Part shown: piece by piece, positions 1-12,518 of the stretch
Numbering within the stretch: position 1 is the first letter of the stretch
Layout: the number at the start of each line of letters is the position of its first letter
DNA from: Paragordius varius
Lineage: Eukaryota > Animalia > Nematomorpha
Assembly (NCBI GenBank): GCA_964247055.1
Contig: OZ176054.1
Coordinates: 4,588,001 to 4,652,000, forward strand
DNA: 64,000 nt
Direction: 5' to 3'
The notes under the pieces: model-generated
Database searches by the model: none
Seen by the model: only the letters and a program-made list of their open reading frames with translations
What the model was told of the DNA's origin: nothing
Made by a program: the position numbers and the translations under genes

Positions 1-368
1 CAGTATTCATAGCGATTTACCCAATAAAATTATATTTAAAATAAAGTCTCTATTCTTATTTTAAAATTATTTAGAATAATGTTTAAACGCTATAATGTGT
101 GTATTAAATTTGGCCCAATATAATAAATATTTATTATGCAGAAAATTTTAAATGCTATGGGGAAAAAACTATATTATAAAACCCTTTTTAGTGTTCTCTT
201 AATAAAAAATTTTTATTAGACCCCTGATAATAGATAATATTAAAATTTCAAGGATTCTGGCGCTCTGCATAAAATAAGAAATTAATTTATTTTTTTTGGT
301 CATATGTGATGTTTCCTTAGTTAGATTTAAATTTCAGCGGCAAGGCACGCAAGTTTCCCAATTTTCGT

Positions 369-3300
369 ATGGCCAAGGGATGTATTAATATTAATTATAG
401 ATTAAAAAATTAAATGAAAATGTTATAAATTTGATTTCATCTGGGCAAACTATTTTTTCTTTGGAAAATGTTTTAAAAGAGTTATTAGAAAACGCTTATG
501 ACGCACAATCATCATCAATTAGTAATTATATTAATTATATCAGTAATAAAACTTAAAGATTTTGGGATGACATCCATTGAAATTAGTGATAATGGTATTG
601 GAATTGATTATAGTGAAATTCCTTTAATAAGTTTTCATAATCTAATTTTTAGTTCAAAGGCATAACACTTCCAAAATTGATTATTTTAGTGATTTGGAAA
701 ACATTAAATCATTTGGCTTTCGTGGAGAAGCTCTCAATTCCTTATGCGAAATATCTGAATCCTTAGTAGTTATATCTAATAGCAGAGAAAACAATTATGA
801 AAATAGTGTAAAAATTTGTTTTGAAAACGGTAAAATCGCATCCCAAAACATCTTTCCACGTGAAGTATATATTTACGTTTAAATTAGAGAGAGGTACCAC
901 AATAATTTTAAATAAAATATTTACAAATACGCCTGTGAGACGCAAAGAGCTTTCAAAAAATATTCGGAAAGAATTCAACAAAGTTCTTGCAATGTTGCAA
1001 CGCTATGCTCTTATACCTAACGGTGTAAAATTACGTTGTATCAATTCGAACCTGGGGAATAGAATGCAAAATTTGTAATTTTTTGACTTTTTTTATTTTA
1101 AATAATTTAAACTGCTATTCATATCTTTGTTTTAGTCTTAAAATAGTTTTAAAACAAAATATTCCAAATTTTGTATTTAAAACATAAATAGCTGCCAAAA
1201 AAGTATACAAAATTTTCGAAATCATTATACAAATATATTGTCAAAAATATCGAAATATATTATCGATAAACTATTTATATTATATTGCAGATATATAAAT
1301 TTTGTGAGGAATCATACAGAAATTTATTCAATGTTATTACCAATTATGGCATTCCCATAAATAAATTAATAATAATTGGGTTTTTCAAATAAAATATGGC
1401 AATAAATAGTAATATTATAATTACTCTTGAACCACACCCATTATAACTTAAGATATTATAAAATTAATATTTTATCACTTTCTAACCCAATAAATTTACC
1501 CCCGAAAGAATTCAAAACGAAAATTATTAATTTTAACCCATTATGCTTAGCCGCCCCCAAGGATTAAATTAATTAATCTTTAAGCACACTATTTGGTATT
1601 TTAATAGGCTTTTAGAAAACGAAATTCTGAATTTTTTTATTTGCATAACATTTATGTGGAAGGAGTTACGCATAGGATATTTCTGCATTTTTTACAATTA
1701 AATATATGTTTTTGTGCATAAAATATCACAATATGATTCCATATTTTTAGCAATGATTGGCCTACAAATATATATAACAACGGTTCTATATGTTCAGATT
1801 TATATTTTTATGGGATCTTTCATATTTTGAATTAGAAGAGAAAGCGTCGCTTTCTCAACTGAAGGATCCAAATCTTTGCTCAAAAATATTGAAATGTTGT
1901 TTGGGCCAACCTGTGCCAAAAATCTTTTGGAAATAAATGAAACGTGCGCCGGAATTAATATAAGGTATATTGAACTTATTATCAAAATTATTGGAATTGT
2001 TTAATGAAAAATGTTTATATGTTTAAAGCTTTTTTGGATATCTTTCATCTGCGCTCAAAGGCAATGGCAAATCTGATTCTGTTTCGCAATACTTTTATAT
2101 CAATAATCGTCCAGTTTTCATAACTAAGGTTATTATAAAATTGAAATTTTTCTTGCTTAAATTCGATTAAACGTAAAAAAGTTATATTTATTATTTTATA
2201 CTTTTAGATTAAAAAACTTATCAATGAAATTTACCGCAAACATAACCCCATTCAATATCCATTTGTATGCTTATTTTTCTCCCTAAAGTCTGGTATGTGT
2301 ATGTTTCTTATTAAATATATATGGGATTGTTTATCTGATAGTTAGCAAATTAATACCATATGGGATTTTGCAAACTTTAATTTTCATTTTTGATTGATAA
2401 TATTTTTAAATTTTATACCTTTCATCTTTATTATATTTTTAATTAAAAAATATTTGGCGTATTGCACATGTATGATATTTTTGTCGTTTTTGTCCTCTTA
2501 AATGCATAAAGTGATGAATCACCCCTTTTAAACATATATTTTAGCTTACTAATTCTATAAAAATATTTAGAGTACTAGTTTGTCCTGTGTATTTATTTAA
2601 CATTGCAATAATTTTGATTTCTTCACGTAACTTAGATAATCCCTGAAATAAATCATTTATATCTTAAATTTTATTTCAGTTTCCGTGAATTTTTATAAAT
2701 ATAAAAAAATTATGAATATTGTTTAATTAAATTTACTTTTAAAATGGCATATAGGTGAATACGATATCAATGTTAATCCCAACAAAGATTTGGTATATAT
2801 CCAAAATTTTGAAAAAATCCTCACGCAACTTGAAATAAGTCTTATTACGTTATGGGAAAAGGAATATAGCAATGTTAATTCCGTTACACAAAACGATAAA
2901 AACAATATATCATCTAGTCAACAAAAACAAACTACATTAACACAATACATTGATAATGATTGCGTACAAAGTAGCGACCAACAAAAAATGTCCAATTCTA
3001 TGATTAACATAGTTTCTGAAGGCGAAAAGATAGCGAATTCTCCCAAAAGACCATTTGATGTCAAATTAAATCAGGTGTTTTATGTTCCAAAGAGGCGTCA
3101 AACTAACATAACATCCCCTGCCACAAAATTAGCTCAAATGTTTGGGTTATATACCGAGCAAACATCCCCACGTAATTCGCCCACAATAGAAAATGTAAAA
3201 GGCAATACAATCGATGACAATGATAAAATAAATATTCCGGAGGGAGAAAGGGGTCTATTTAAAAATTAAATAATTATATTAATATAGCTGTTTCAAGCGA

Positions 3301-4626
3301 TTGACTATCCAGTATATTTTTCTAGTTATTCCTTACTAATTAATTCATTTGTTTTCTAAATTATTTATATCTGTCTATTACGAAGTACACTGGGCCATTA
3401 GCCGAAATATATATTTTTTATAGGTATGATCCTTAAATTTTTAAAACACAATATATAACTGTAAAAATTATGTTTTATTGCCACATTTTATTTCATTCAT
3501 AAGTATAATAATGCTGTTTGAATAGATATTTTTTCTGACCAAGGTTCCAATTCAAAAAAACCATGGGAACTACAAAAAGCATCTTTTTCTCAGATGAAAA
3601 TTATTGGGCAATTTAATCATGGCTTTATAGTTACCCAAATAGGTAAATTGATACTTTTAATAAATTTATGGTGTTCTCACATTTTTAGATTTTTCTTGCA
3701 AATAAATTAGTTATTCTACGAACAAAAATAAGTATACCGAATCAATATTTTCAATGTGTTTTTATGATGGAAAAGAAAATAATGCTATGTGTTCAGTTTT
3801 GTATTTGTCCGTTCTTCCTGTTTTAACCTTAAAATACTACTCCTCCTTTATTCTGTTAAATTTTTTAATTTTTTTCCATTATATTAAATTAAATTTTGTT
3901 TTATAAAATACTATTTGGATTAATTAAAATCATTTCCATTTTTTTAAAAATTAATTTATTTATTTAGCTCATTTATATATAATTGATCAACATGCAAGTG
4001 ATGAACGATTTAATTATGAAAAATTTCAAAAAAAGTTTTGTCCCTTTAATGATGCTGATGATGATAGTCAAAATAATGAAGATAAAATCTCAAACGCTGG
4101 TTGTAACAATGTAAATTTTATAAATCATAAATTAATAAAACCTATTCCTTTACCCAATTTAACACATGAAAACATTGCCTGGATCAAAGATTATCTCGAC
4201 ATTTTTAAATGTGTTGGATTTGAGTTTATTCCTCATGATGATGCAATTATGAAACTAACTTCTACTTGCAGTTTTATGCTAGAGGGTTCATTAATCAACT
4301 TGGGAGAACCAGACCTTTTAGAATTGATTAATGAAATAAAACGAGAAGAAATATTTTTGCAACCATATGACGAGGACTTGACAATCGATCTTGTCAACAA
4401 ATTGAGATCGAATGAACTCAAAAAACGATTAAAAAATTTTATATTTACATCTGTCCGGAGGGTTTTAGCATCCAAAGCATGTCGAACTTCTATAATGATA
4501 GGGAAAGCGTTAAACAAAATGCAAATGGAACGGGTAGTTAAAAATTTGTCAACTTTGAATCATCCCTGGATCTGTGCTCATGGGCGTCCTACTGTAAATC
4601 ATTTATACTCGATAAATAAGCTGTGA
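369..4626 (+). CDS. PMS2: Mismatch repair endonuclease PMS2 (MutL family). Exons approx 401-521, 544-630, 653-864, 890-1074, 1836-1964, 2029-2128, 2208-2292, 2755-3252, 3526-3642, 3968-4626. The first coding exon and start codon are unresolved.
   Basis: The spliced translation gives the GHKL motifs KELLENAYDA, ISDNGIG and FGFRGEAL, then RGTT and FYINNRP. The C-terminus has IIGQFNHGF, DQHASDERFNYE (endonuclease motif), ASKACRTS and HPWICAHGRPT. Frame is restored only by removing introns 522-543 (22 nt), 631-652 (22 nt) and 865-889 (25 nt). Several intron positions match those recalled for human PMS2. Confidence 0.95.
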
Positions 4627-5734
4627 TATTAGTTACTACATATTGGCAATCTTAATAAATGAAGTATGTCCAAATTTTATTTGAACAATTAGTTAAATAA
4701 CATTTTGCTAATCTATTTTGTACTTCTTAATAAGTGCCATCTTCAAATATAACTTTAATAAATGTCCTTTTAGTCCGTGTTAAAATAATTTTACTCCGTT
4801 TTTACAAAAATTTTGTACCATTTTCACAAATGTTTTTATAGAAGGATAAAAAAATTGCTCAAATTCACTAGTATATATTGAAAACTTACTATTAAATTAG
4901 TGACATATTTAAATGTTTTGGCCGAAGAATTTCCACAACTAACAAAATATAGCGGTAAAACAGAAGAATATTTAGGCCAAGAATAAATATTGAACCACAA
5001 TTTATGGTTTATTTAGCTCCGAAACATAAAATATACTTTGAGGACAAATCGTTACAGTTGATTTAAATATGTTCAAGGGCCATTTTGCTCCACAGTATAA
5101 AATTTATATATAAAGCAATAACAACATAATTTGTATAATCAATTTTGTAATATGACGTTAATCAGGATGAACATTCTATATATATACGTGCGAAATTACA
5201 GGGATTTTCTTGAGATTTTTTTTGATAAATCTCCATAACCCTACTTATTTTTTATGAGTTTCGTGTTAATAGATTTAATATTTAGCAATTTCTCTCCCTT
5301 TTGAGTATTCAATTCATATTTATATTTTTGTATTCATGCATTTTGTGTTGGAAACTGTTAAAAATTAAAGTTTTATTTTGGATTTAAAATTACGATGAAT
5401 TTAGATATCATGCAAGAAACGCGGTGAAAATTTTTAGCTTATTTCATTATTCCTCAAATTATTTAAAAATATAGCTCTAAAAATAAGGTTAAGACACATT
5501 TAATTTTCCCATTTCACTTCGCGAGACGTAGATAAACACCCCAGTCTATTAATATTGTTAGCTCATATAATTTTAGCTTAGCAACATACACCTAATACTT
5601 ATAAATTGGCATTTTAAACCACTAATATTCAATCCGCCCCCCTAAAAATGTTTTTTTCTGGCCCAAAATTATTTATTTCATTTTTTAGAGAATAAAATTC
5701 TGCTTATATGTCAAAGAGCTATGCAAAATTTGTG

Positions 5735-5808
5735 TATTTTATGGTGCATGGCCCTCGAGATAAAAAATGTTTTATATGGCCCTTCAAAATTTTTAGTGAG
5801 AACCACTC
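5735..5808. mobile_element. Solo 3' terminal fragment of the Buster-type hAT family found at 40831-43272
   Basis: catggccctcgaga...tttatatggccc...ttttagtgagaaccact matches the reverse complement of 40831-40900. A second solo end, cagtggtactcaccaaaaa, starts at 7258. Confidence 0.6.
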
Positions 5809-5953
5809 TTAATAACATAATCTTAATGAAAGACTAATCTAAAAATTAAATGTTGTTTATAGACATATAAAAAAATCCGACACTTTATAATATGAAAAGA
5901 AATACTACAAAACTCAAATATTATATTAATTCGTATGTTTTGAGTGCGATATT

Positions 5954-6445
5954 CTATTTATTATTTGAGCTTTCTAACCCAAGATATCTCATTCTTTGTT
6001 GAATATTTGACCATATCATAGTTTGCATTTCTGCCAAGTATTTGTTAAAATCAGAGGTTGTATTATCGTCTTTAACAATATTATGTTTACATTGGCAGTT
6101 AGTTGGACATGGAAAGTATCTAACTCCAACTCGAATGTCTCTTACCATATTGTTATCAACTTTATTGCTGTGTTTTGGTATATATCCATTTTGTTGAATC
6201 AAAAGGGGATCATTTTTTGGTGGTGGTGCATTGATTAGTTTTGACTTTTTTTGTAATAATATATCATTTGCTAAAATTATGTTTCGTAAATCTAAATACA
6301 CCCTATCATCTAAAATTTGTTTGCCATGTTCAAACATGTTTTGTCGATTGTGGTACGGATAATAGGGGTGATACTGGTAATTTTGTAATATATTACAAAA
6401 TCTTTTGAATAAAACGCAAGGCATTTGCTGTATGTCACCGTTCAT
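5954..6445 (-). CDS. Intronless orphan ORF, about 163 aa from the ATG at 6445; function unknown
   Basis: An uninterrupted ORF of about 490 nt is not expected by chance in DNA this AT-rich, and it is not the antisense shadow of another gene. It contains a YHPYYPYH stretch, PPPK and CPTNCQCKH. No family was recognised. Confidence 0.55.
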   Translation of the reverse strand: MNGDIQQMPCVLFKRFCNILQNYQYHPYYPYHNRQNMFEHGKQILDDRVYLDLRNIILANDILLQKKSKLINAPPPKNDPLLIQQNGYIPKHSNKVDNNMVRDIRVGVRYFPCPTNCQCKHNIVKDDNTTSDFNKYLAEMQTMIWSNIQQRMRYLGLESSNNK

Positions 6446-6852
6446 TTTCAATTAATTTATACAACAATTATTCATTGTTGAAACCTTTACCCTACATACA
6501 TTAACAATGTGCATGTGTAACGCATTATTTTGGCTGATTAATATAATGAATAGCTTATAAGTATGCCATTGCGCTACAATAACCTTAAACAATTCAAGTT
6601 AGTGTTATATCAAGTAGGTTCTTTAACATATTTATTTTGTTTTTAACTTTTATCAATCGATATATCCTATTGTTTTTTATCTTTATTAAACTAAACCTTT
6701 AATTGAACATCAATTTTTTTTCATTCAAAAACCGTATATCTTTATTAATTTTTTGAAACATTGATTTTAATAAGGTTTTAACGCTTAATTTATATAAGTA
6801 TTGGGTTATTTAAAATAATTAAAATCATAAAAATATTAAATCTGGCGGATTA

Positions 6853-7150
6853 AATGTTTCGGTGGACCCTGGTCACCAGTTTAGACCCTTCTTATGGGCC
6901 AATTATTAGCGATTCGGATTTAAGGAAAGTGAAGGTGCTTGTTGTGGCAAACCTAAGATAAAAGAATCTGGTACGTTTATCAAATTGAAAAAAATTTCTG
7001 AAAAGAGACAAATAGAAAGAATTGGCTATATTGATTTCCAAAAGGTCGATTTTTACTTAGGGAATTACCCAGCTGCCCATAAGGTTAATAAAATGCGAAA
7101 CATCTTCATATTTTAGCTAGTTTTTTTAAGAACCGGCCTAAATTATTTCG
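6853..7150 (+). pseudogene. Possible decayed LDH/MDH-superfamily fragment
   Basis: GC-richer island. One frame reads YGPIISDSDLRKVKVLVVAN, like MDH1 [20 protein letters not shown] with the same spacing. After a frameshift it reads KRQIERIGYIDFQKVDFYLG and RNIFIF*, like LDH [20 protein letters not shown] and MDH1 KNVIIWG. Weak, judged by eye. Confidence 0.3.
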
Positions 7151-7977
7151 CAAGAATAGTCAACAAATCGATCCTTCGACATGTGTCATAACTACAGGGC
7201 AGCGTGGAGTCGCATTGCGTCTCTTTTTTACTGTTGAGTTTTACGAGTAAATCTTACCAGTGGTACTCACCAAAAAATTTTTTATGTCCATGGCCATATT
7301 ACCGATAAAATTTTCCTACATATTGACACATTTGCAACTATTTATACTCCAAATTATAGCATAAAAAACAATAAAAATTTAGGCCATGAAAAAGCACTTT
7401 CAGAAACCAATGCTTTTATGGGCCGCTGTTTGAACGTTAGCGACCCAAGTTATACGATACGATTCAGTCAATCATAAATATCTTGATATATAAGGCGGAA
7501 GTTGGTCACTTCTTATACTATAATTGATTCTCGTTTGACTGCATTTTATATAATAATTTGGGAATTGCGAAACTCACTACTTTGTACACATTTTACCAAA
7601 ATGCAACTTATTTCAAAAAAATATCGATACGATTAAATTTAATTTGCAAGTCAAAATGAGTAAATTAATGGAGCACTATCTATAAGAAAATAGTTTAAAC
7701 AAAATTTTAATCCAGAGTATAATTAAGTTGATATTATTAAAAACCACACAAAGAAACGGTCTTATTTAAATTTATGCTTCTATAATAAAATTTTTATAAA
7801 TAAGTTAAAATATCTAAATAATATTTAATTTTTAAAAAAAAGTTTTATATCAAACTATTTCGCCATATTTATTTTACCACATTTTTGCAAAATATCAGTT
7901 TATTTAATTTTAAAGCTAAAATCAAAGCTAATTTTATATTTAAATCACATCTATTGTGAGAGAGAGAATAAAAAGTG

Positions 7978-8545
7978 GTTTTTTAAATTTAGCTAATGCA
8001 CACATGTCATGCAGACTAAATCTCTTTAGGTTTTACCTTAAAATAAAAAATATCTAGTTTTTGTATATTTTTGTTATAAATCGGTTCATTAATGTTATAT
8101 AAGTGCAAACGTATGCCATGGTTTCAATTCTTTCCATTTTTTTGAAGTATTTAATTTTAAACAGAACTGGGATATTTAATAACAATCCCAATTTGAATCA
8201 AAATATTGAAATGAATGTGTTGTATCTAAGTGTAAAATAAATGAATATTTGCCATCACGTTGTAAAAGAGCTAGATGCAGTTTACAATGCCAATATATTA
8301 ACTGGATATAACACATTCATCTCAGTACTTCGATTCAAAATGATAATTAGATCAGGCTTGTTTAAAATACAAAAAAATATGGAATTAATTAAAATCATAG
8401 CAAACGTTTGCGTTATATAACATCAATGAACCGAAATATAATAAAAAAATCGTTCAAAAATACTTATATTACTTTTTCAGATGTAGAAAGGTAAAAAATT
8501 AGCCAACATCACATGTGTGCAAAGGCTAAATTAAAATTGATTTAA
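7978..8545. mobile_element. Degenerate foldback/MITE with long terminal inverted arms
   Basis: The left arm (aatttagctaatgcacacatgtcatg...aaatcggttcattaatgttatataag) pairs with the right arm (ttatataacatcaatgaaccgaaat...catcacatgtgtgcaaaggctaaatt). Boundaries approximate. Confidence 0.65.
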
Positions 8546-8772
8546 AATGAAAGTGTCGTCCAAATATTTTGATAGGAAACTTTTTTACAAAACTCAATTT
8601 AATTTAGATATTTGGGCTCATTTTTATAACTTTATTAGGATAGAAGCATAAATTTAAATAGAAACCGTTACTTAGTTTTAAAATATCATCTTAAATTGTC
8701 TGGGGTATTTAGATATCCCAATTTAAATAAAGTGTTCTAACCGTGATCGTATTGGTTAAACATGTGATTTAT

Positions 8773-11522
8773 ATGATTATTGAAAAATTGTTAGAACAAA
8801 TATTTGCTGGACAATTAATTAAAATTGTTCCTTCATCTGACAACGGCTATATAAGTAAATGCTACATTGTGGAATTGTTGAATCAAAAACTGTTTGTGAA
8901 GGTATTGCATCATGGTGAAGTATAAATCACCTTATATTTTGAGGCTTATGACATATATTTGAGCGAACAGCTATCTTATTCGCTTTTCCCTAAAATAAAA
9001 AATTTAGTATATCCTATATCTTTAAAGGTATATATTTATTTAAATTAGATTGAAAAGATAAACGGGTTTACTTTTCACATCTTAAACTATATTGACATGG
9101 TGCCTATACAAGATTTCGACGATTTTGCGAAAATATTAGCCGAGTATCCAATTATTTAAATTTAAGATTTCATAATAATTCTGCTGGTAAAACATGTGGA
9201 TTCCCATGTGATTCATTTGCCGGTTTTACCCGTTTCGAAAATGGATGGCGAATTAGTTGGAAAGTAAACTATTTAAAATCATCTTTCTAATAGGATGAAC
9301 CTATTACTTTAAAACATAAATACAGACGGTTCATTGTTGTTTACATTTAGTTTTTATTATAATTTTTATTTTTCATCTAAAATATTAAGTTATTTGGGTA
9401 TTACAAAAGTGTCCTTGATTAATCCATGTTAATTACTTTCGCTGATTATATTTTTAAATACATTATTCTCTATGTTTAAATTAACACAATATTTTCCCAA
9501 TATCTCTATAACTTTGGAAAGATTATTTATTTATATATTATTTTAGGACTACTTTATTGATCACAAGCTTGAAATCATTGTACAAAAATTATTAGATAAG
9601 GTAATATATTTTATGGCATTAAAATCTGGGAGGTTAGACGCTTTTTTTAATATATATAGAAACGTCTATTTATACGTATTCTTCATAATTTTTGTCAAAA
9701 ATGTATTTCTTGGCCTTTTTCACACAATACTATTTATATAAAACCGTTTTTAGCACTTTTTTCCTTAAATATAAGAAAAATATATTTAAATGCTTAAATT
9801 TATTAAAAAAAATTAATTATTGATCGGTTTATAAGTTAAATTTGTTTAAAAATCTTTTGAATTGGCTTGAAATTTAAATATACGTGTTTTTAGCGTGACG
9901 ATTTTCTCTGCTTATTTCAAATGCTAAATGGCAAATTATTTTATTAATTTTTTGCGGTCCCGTGTTTTTCATAAGACTTTATTTGCGGTATATATGGAAC
10001 ATTTTATATTTGTTTAGTTTGGTTTAATCTCAAATGAGTGTGAATAGTAAAGCATTTTTATTTTAATATGATTTACAAAATATCTATTTTTATTTTTATG
10101 ATACTGATTTCCTATATAACCGTTAATAATTTTGCATTAAGTTGTATATATTATCATGTGTACCTTATACATGTCCATTATAACAATTTAGATACTCTCA
10201 AACAAATAAGTTCATTATATATCCTTTCTATTTGTAATGAGTCCATTATCCATTATTTTAATAAATATAATTTGTTAGAATATTTAGAGGCTTTAGCGAG
10301 AGTTTTTAACTAACATTAAATATTGCTTGACGGATGTTGTTAAGCTTAAATATACATTGCATTTGTAATTTGTTTAAATATACATCAACATATTTTTGAT
10401 TAGATTGGACAAAATAATGAGTTGTTTGAAAAATGGCCTATGGTAAAAGCAAGAATCTCAAAAGTTTTATCCGATGTAGACAATCATCCAGTTTTGTTGC
10501 ATGGTGACTTATGGACCGGAAACATTGGACAAACAAAAGATAATGATTTTGGTTAAATTTTGAATATTTGTTGTTAAACTAATTTCTAATTTAAATTATA
10601 TTCAATATGGCTAACACCAAATGAAGAGGGGTGTTTATTACATTAATTTTATGTTATTTTATCATAATAACATATTAAATATTTTTTTGTATATTAGTTA
10701 AGAAACATAAAACGTATTTATTTCTTTAGTGATGTTTGATCCTTCAAGTTTTTATGGGCATTATGAATTTGATTTAGCTAGTCTCTCCATTTTTCAACCC
10801 ATTCCCGGTCCGATTGACTTTGAAAGATTTTTGGAAATATATCACCAACACTCATGTTTTGAACGTAAATGCGAAAATGAACGCTTACGTTATGATATAC
10901 ATCATTTGTTCCATTACATCAATCATTGGTAAATATTATATAATGGTGCAATATGGTATAGATATTATAAGAATATTATAAAATATTATTTTACACAAAA
11001 TTTAAATTTTAATTACAAAATGTATGTTTTTTTCAACAAAGACATACTTTTAGTAACCTTATTTTTAATATAACCCATAGTTTTTGATCGCGAAATTTGA
11101 AATAGAGATATAAACTTACACTACTTATGCATTTTAATGGTTGTTTATTTCACCTGATAGTTGGGTAATTTACAACACTATAGTGTATGAAAAAAACAAT
11201 ATTGAATAAAATAAGCAAAGTAATGTAATATAGGAAAAATTTGTTTTTCACCATTTTGTTGTTTTTTTTCATACACTACTGTGTTGCAAATTGACAAACT
11301 ATAGTGTGAAGGAAGCTACCATTTAAATGCATACTGTAAATCAGGATAGGATATGTCTCTATTTTCAAAAATATTTGCCTTTTACTTTTTACGTTTTGTC
11401 TTTATATTTTAACTGAAATTATTTTATCTTTTTAAACTAATAATGCTAATAGGCTTCATTTCGGAACGGAAGAATTTATTATGGGAACAATGAAATTGAT
11501 AAATAACCTATCTCAGTCATAA
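8773..11522 (+). CDS. FN3K: Fructosamine-3-kinase / ketosamine-3-kinase (FN3K/FN3KRP family). Exons 8773-8919, 8944-9027, 9049-9143, 9167-9263, 9547-9600, 10404-10551, 10730-10928, 11453-11522.
   Basis: The spliced translation has LFVKV, CGFPCDSFAG...NGW, PVLLHGDLWTGNIG, MFDPSSFYGHYEFDL, YHLFHYINHW|LHFG-type C-terminus (HHLFHYINHWLHFG) and a TAA at the expected length. Introns 1-3 are 24, 21 and 23 nt. Confidence 0.92.
11095..11370. mobile_element. Palindromic MITE in the last FN3K intron
   Basis: aatagagata...tatgcattttaatgg...caacactatagtgtatgaaaaaaac is mirrored by gttttttttcatacactactgtgttg...ccatttaaatgcata...tgtctctatt. Confidence 0.7.
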
Positions 11523-12060
11523 TCTAATCATATTTATATATATAATAATTTATATATATATATCAACATTTTGAAAGTTTACAGTATTATAATATCTCAA
11601 TTTGATACTAGTTATTTTTTACAGTATTTTTGTACATATAACCATTTAATATTTATAGAATTATATAGATGTTAAACTATACCTCAGGGATTAATAAATA
11701 TTGAATGTTTTATATACATTTTATTTTGGCTAATAAAGCCACAAAAATCTTTAAAAAGCATCTATGTTTTTATATTATATATTTGAGTACATTTATGCTC
11801 GATATAACCATATGATTTCAAATTCGATTGTTTTAAACCACAAAGAATCACATGTGTTTCAATAAAATATATTATTTGACTTGATTATACTTTACTAAAC
11901 TGTTTAATAATATAAATAGTGTCAGGGTTTTGCAACATTGGATTAAATTAAAAAATAATATGCATAAATAAAATATTTTCCCAAAAATAATTTTTATAAA
12001 AACTTTTTCTTTTAAATAATTTTGATTAAATTGTGGTCAATTCCTGGGTCTTACATTACG

Positions 12061-12518
12061 TATAAACGGTTTGCATATGCAAATAGGAGTATATTATGTT
12101 GCTTTATTGATCTTTGCGCGGCGCGTTTCGCAAGATCGCGTAACCTAATATCTTTAATATCACAATTATATACGAATTTCGATTTGTAACGAATAGAAGA
12201 ACTTTAGTTTTGGGAAATTATAAATAAGAATGTTGTTTAAAGTTTTTTAAATATTTTTTTCTTTATGATTTTATCCTTTTTTTCCTTTGAATTGTTAAAG
12301 ATGCATTTGACAAATCTCACGCTTAGGCTTTTTAAAAAAGAAATTCATATATTACTCAGATGATTGCCAGCACGTGCTTATTTCTGTCATCAAAAGCCAA
12401 AGGTAGTATACCATTTACACCTCAAATTCACCCTAAAATATATTATGTGTTTTTAAGATCAAAACTTAATATAATTGAAATTTTACTTAAAATTAACAGA
12501 ACACTGGAAAAACAATAA
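12061..12518 (+). pseudogene. Cyclin-box-like (cyclin D-like) relic or highly divergent exon(s)
   Basis: 12357-12419 reads QMIASTCLFLSSKAKGSIPFT, like cyclin D [32 protein letters not shown] and FPL..FDK lie upstream in the expected order, but with stops and frameshifts. A competing minus-strand reading exists. Confidence 0.35.

Noticed and set aside
4233-4517. Minus-strand 94-aa ORF, and similar ORFs at 6023-6238, 25777-25977, 47353-47613, 53682-54071, 58102-58392 and 63072-63260
   Set aside because: Antisense shadows of real exons or TE ORFs.
10068-10313. 81-aa ORF in an FN3K intron, and other 60-80 aa I/Y/F/N/K-rich ORFs
   Set aside because: The composition mirrors AT-rich non-coding DNA, and several ORFs of this length are expected by chance in 64 kb.
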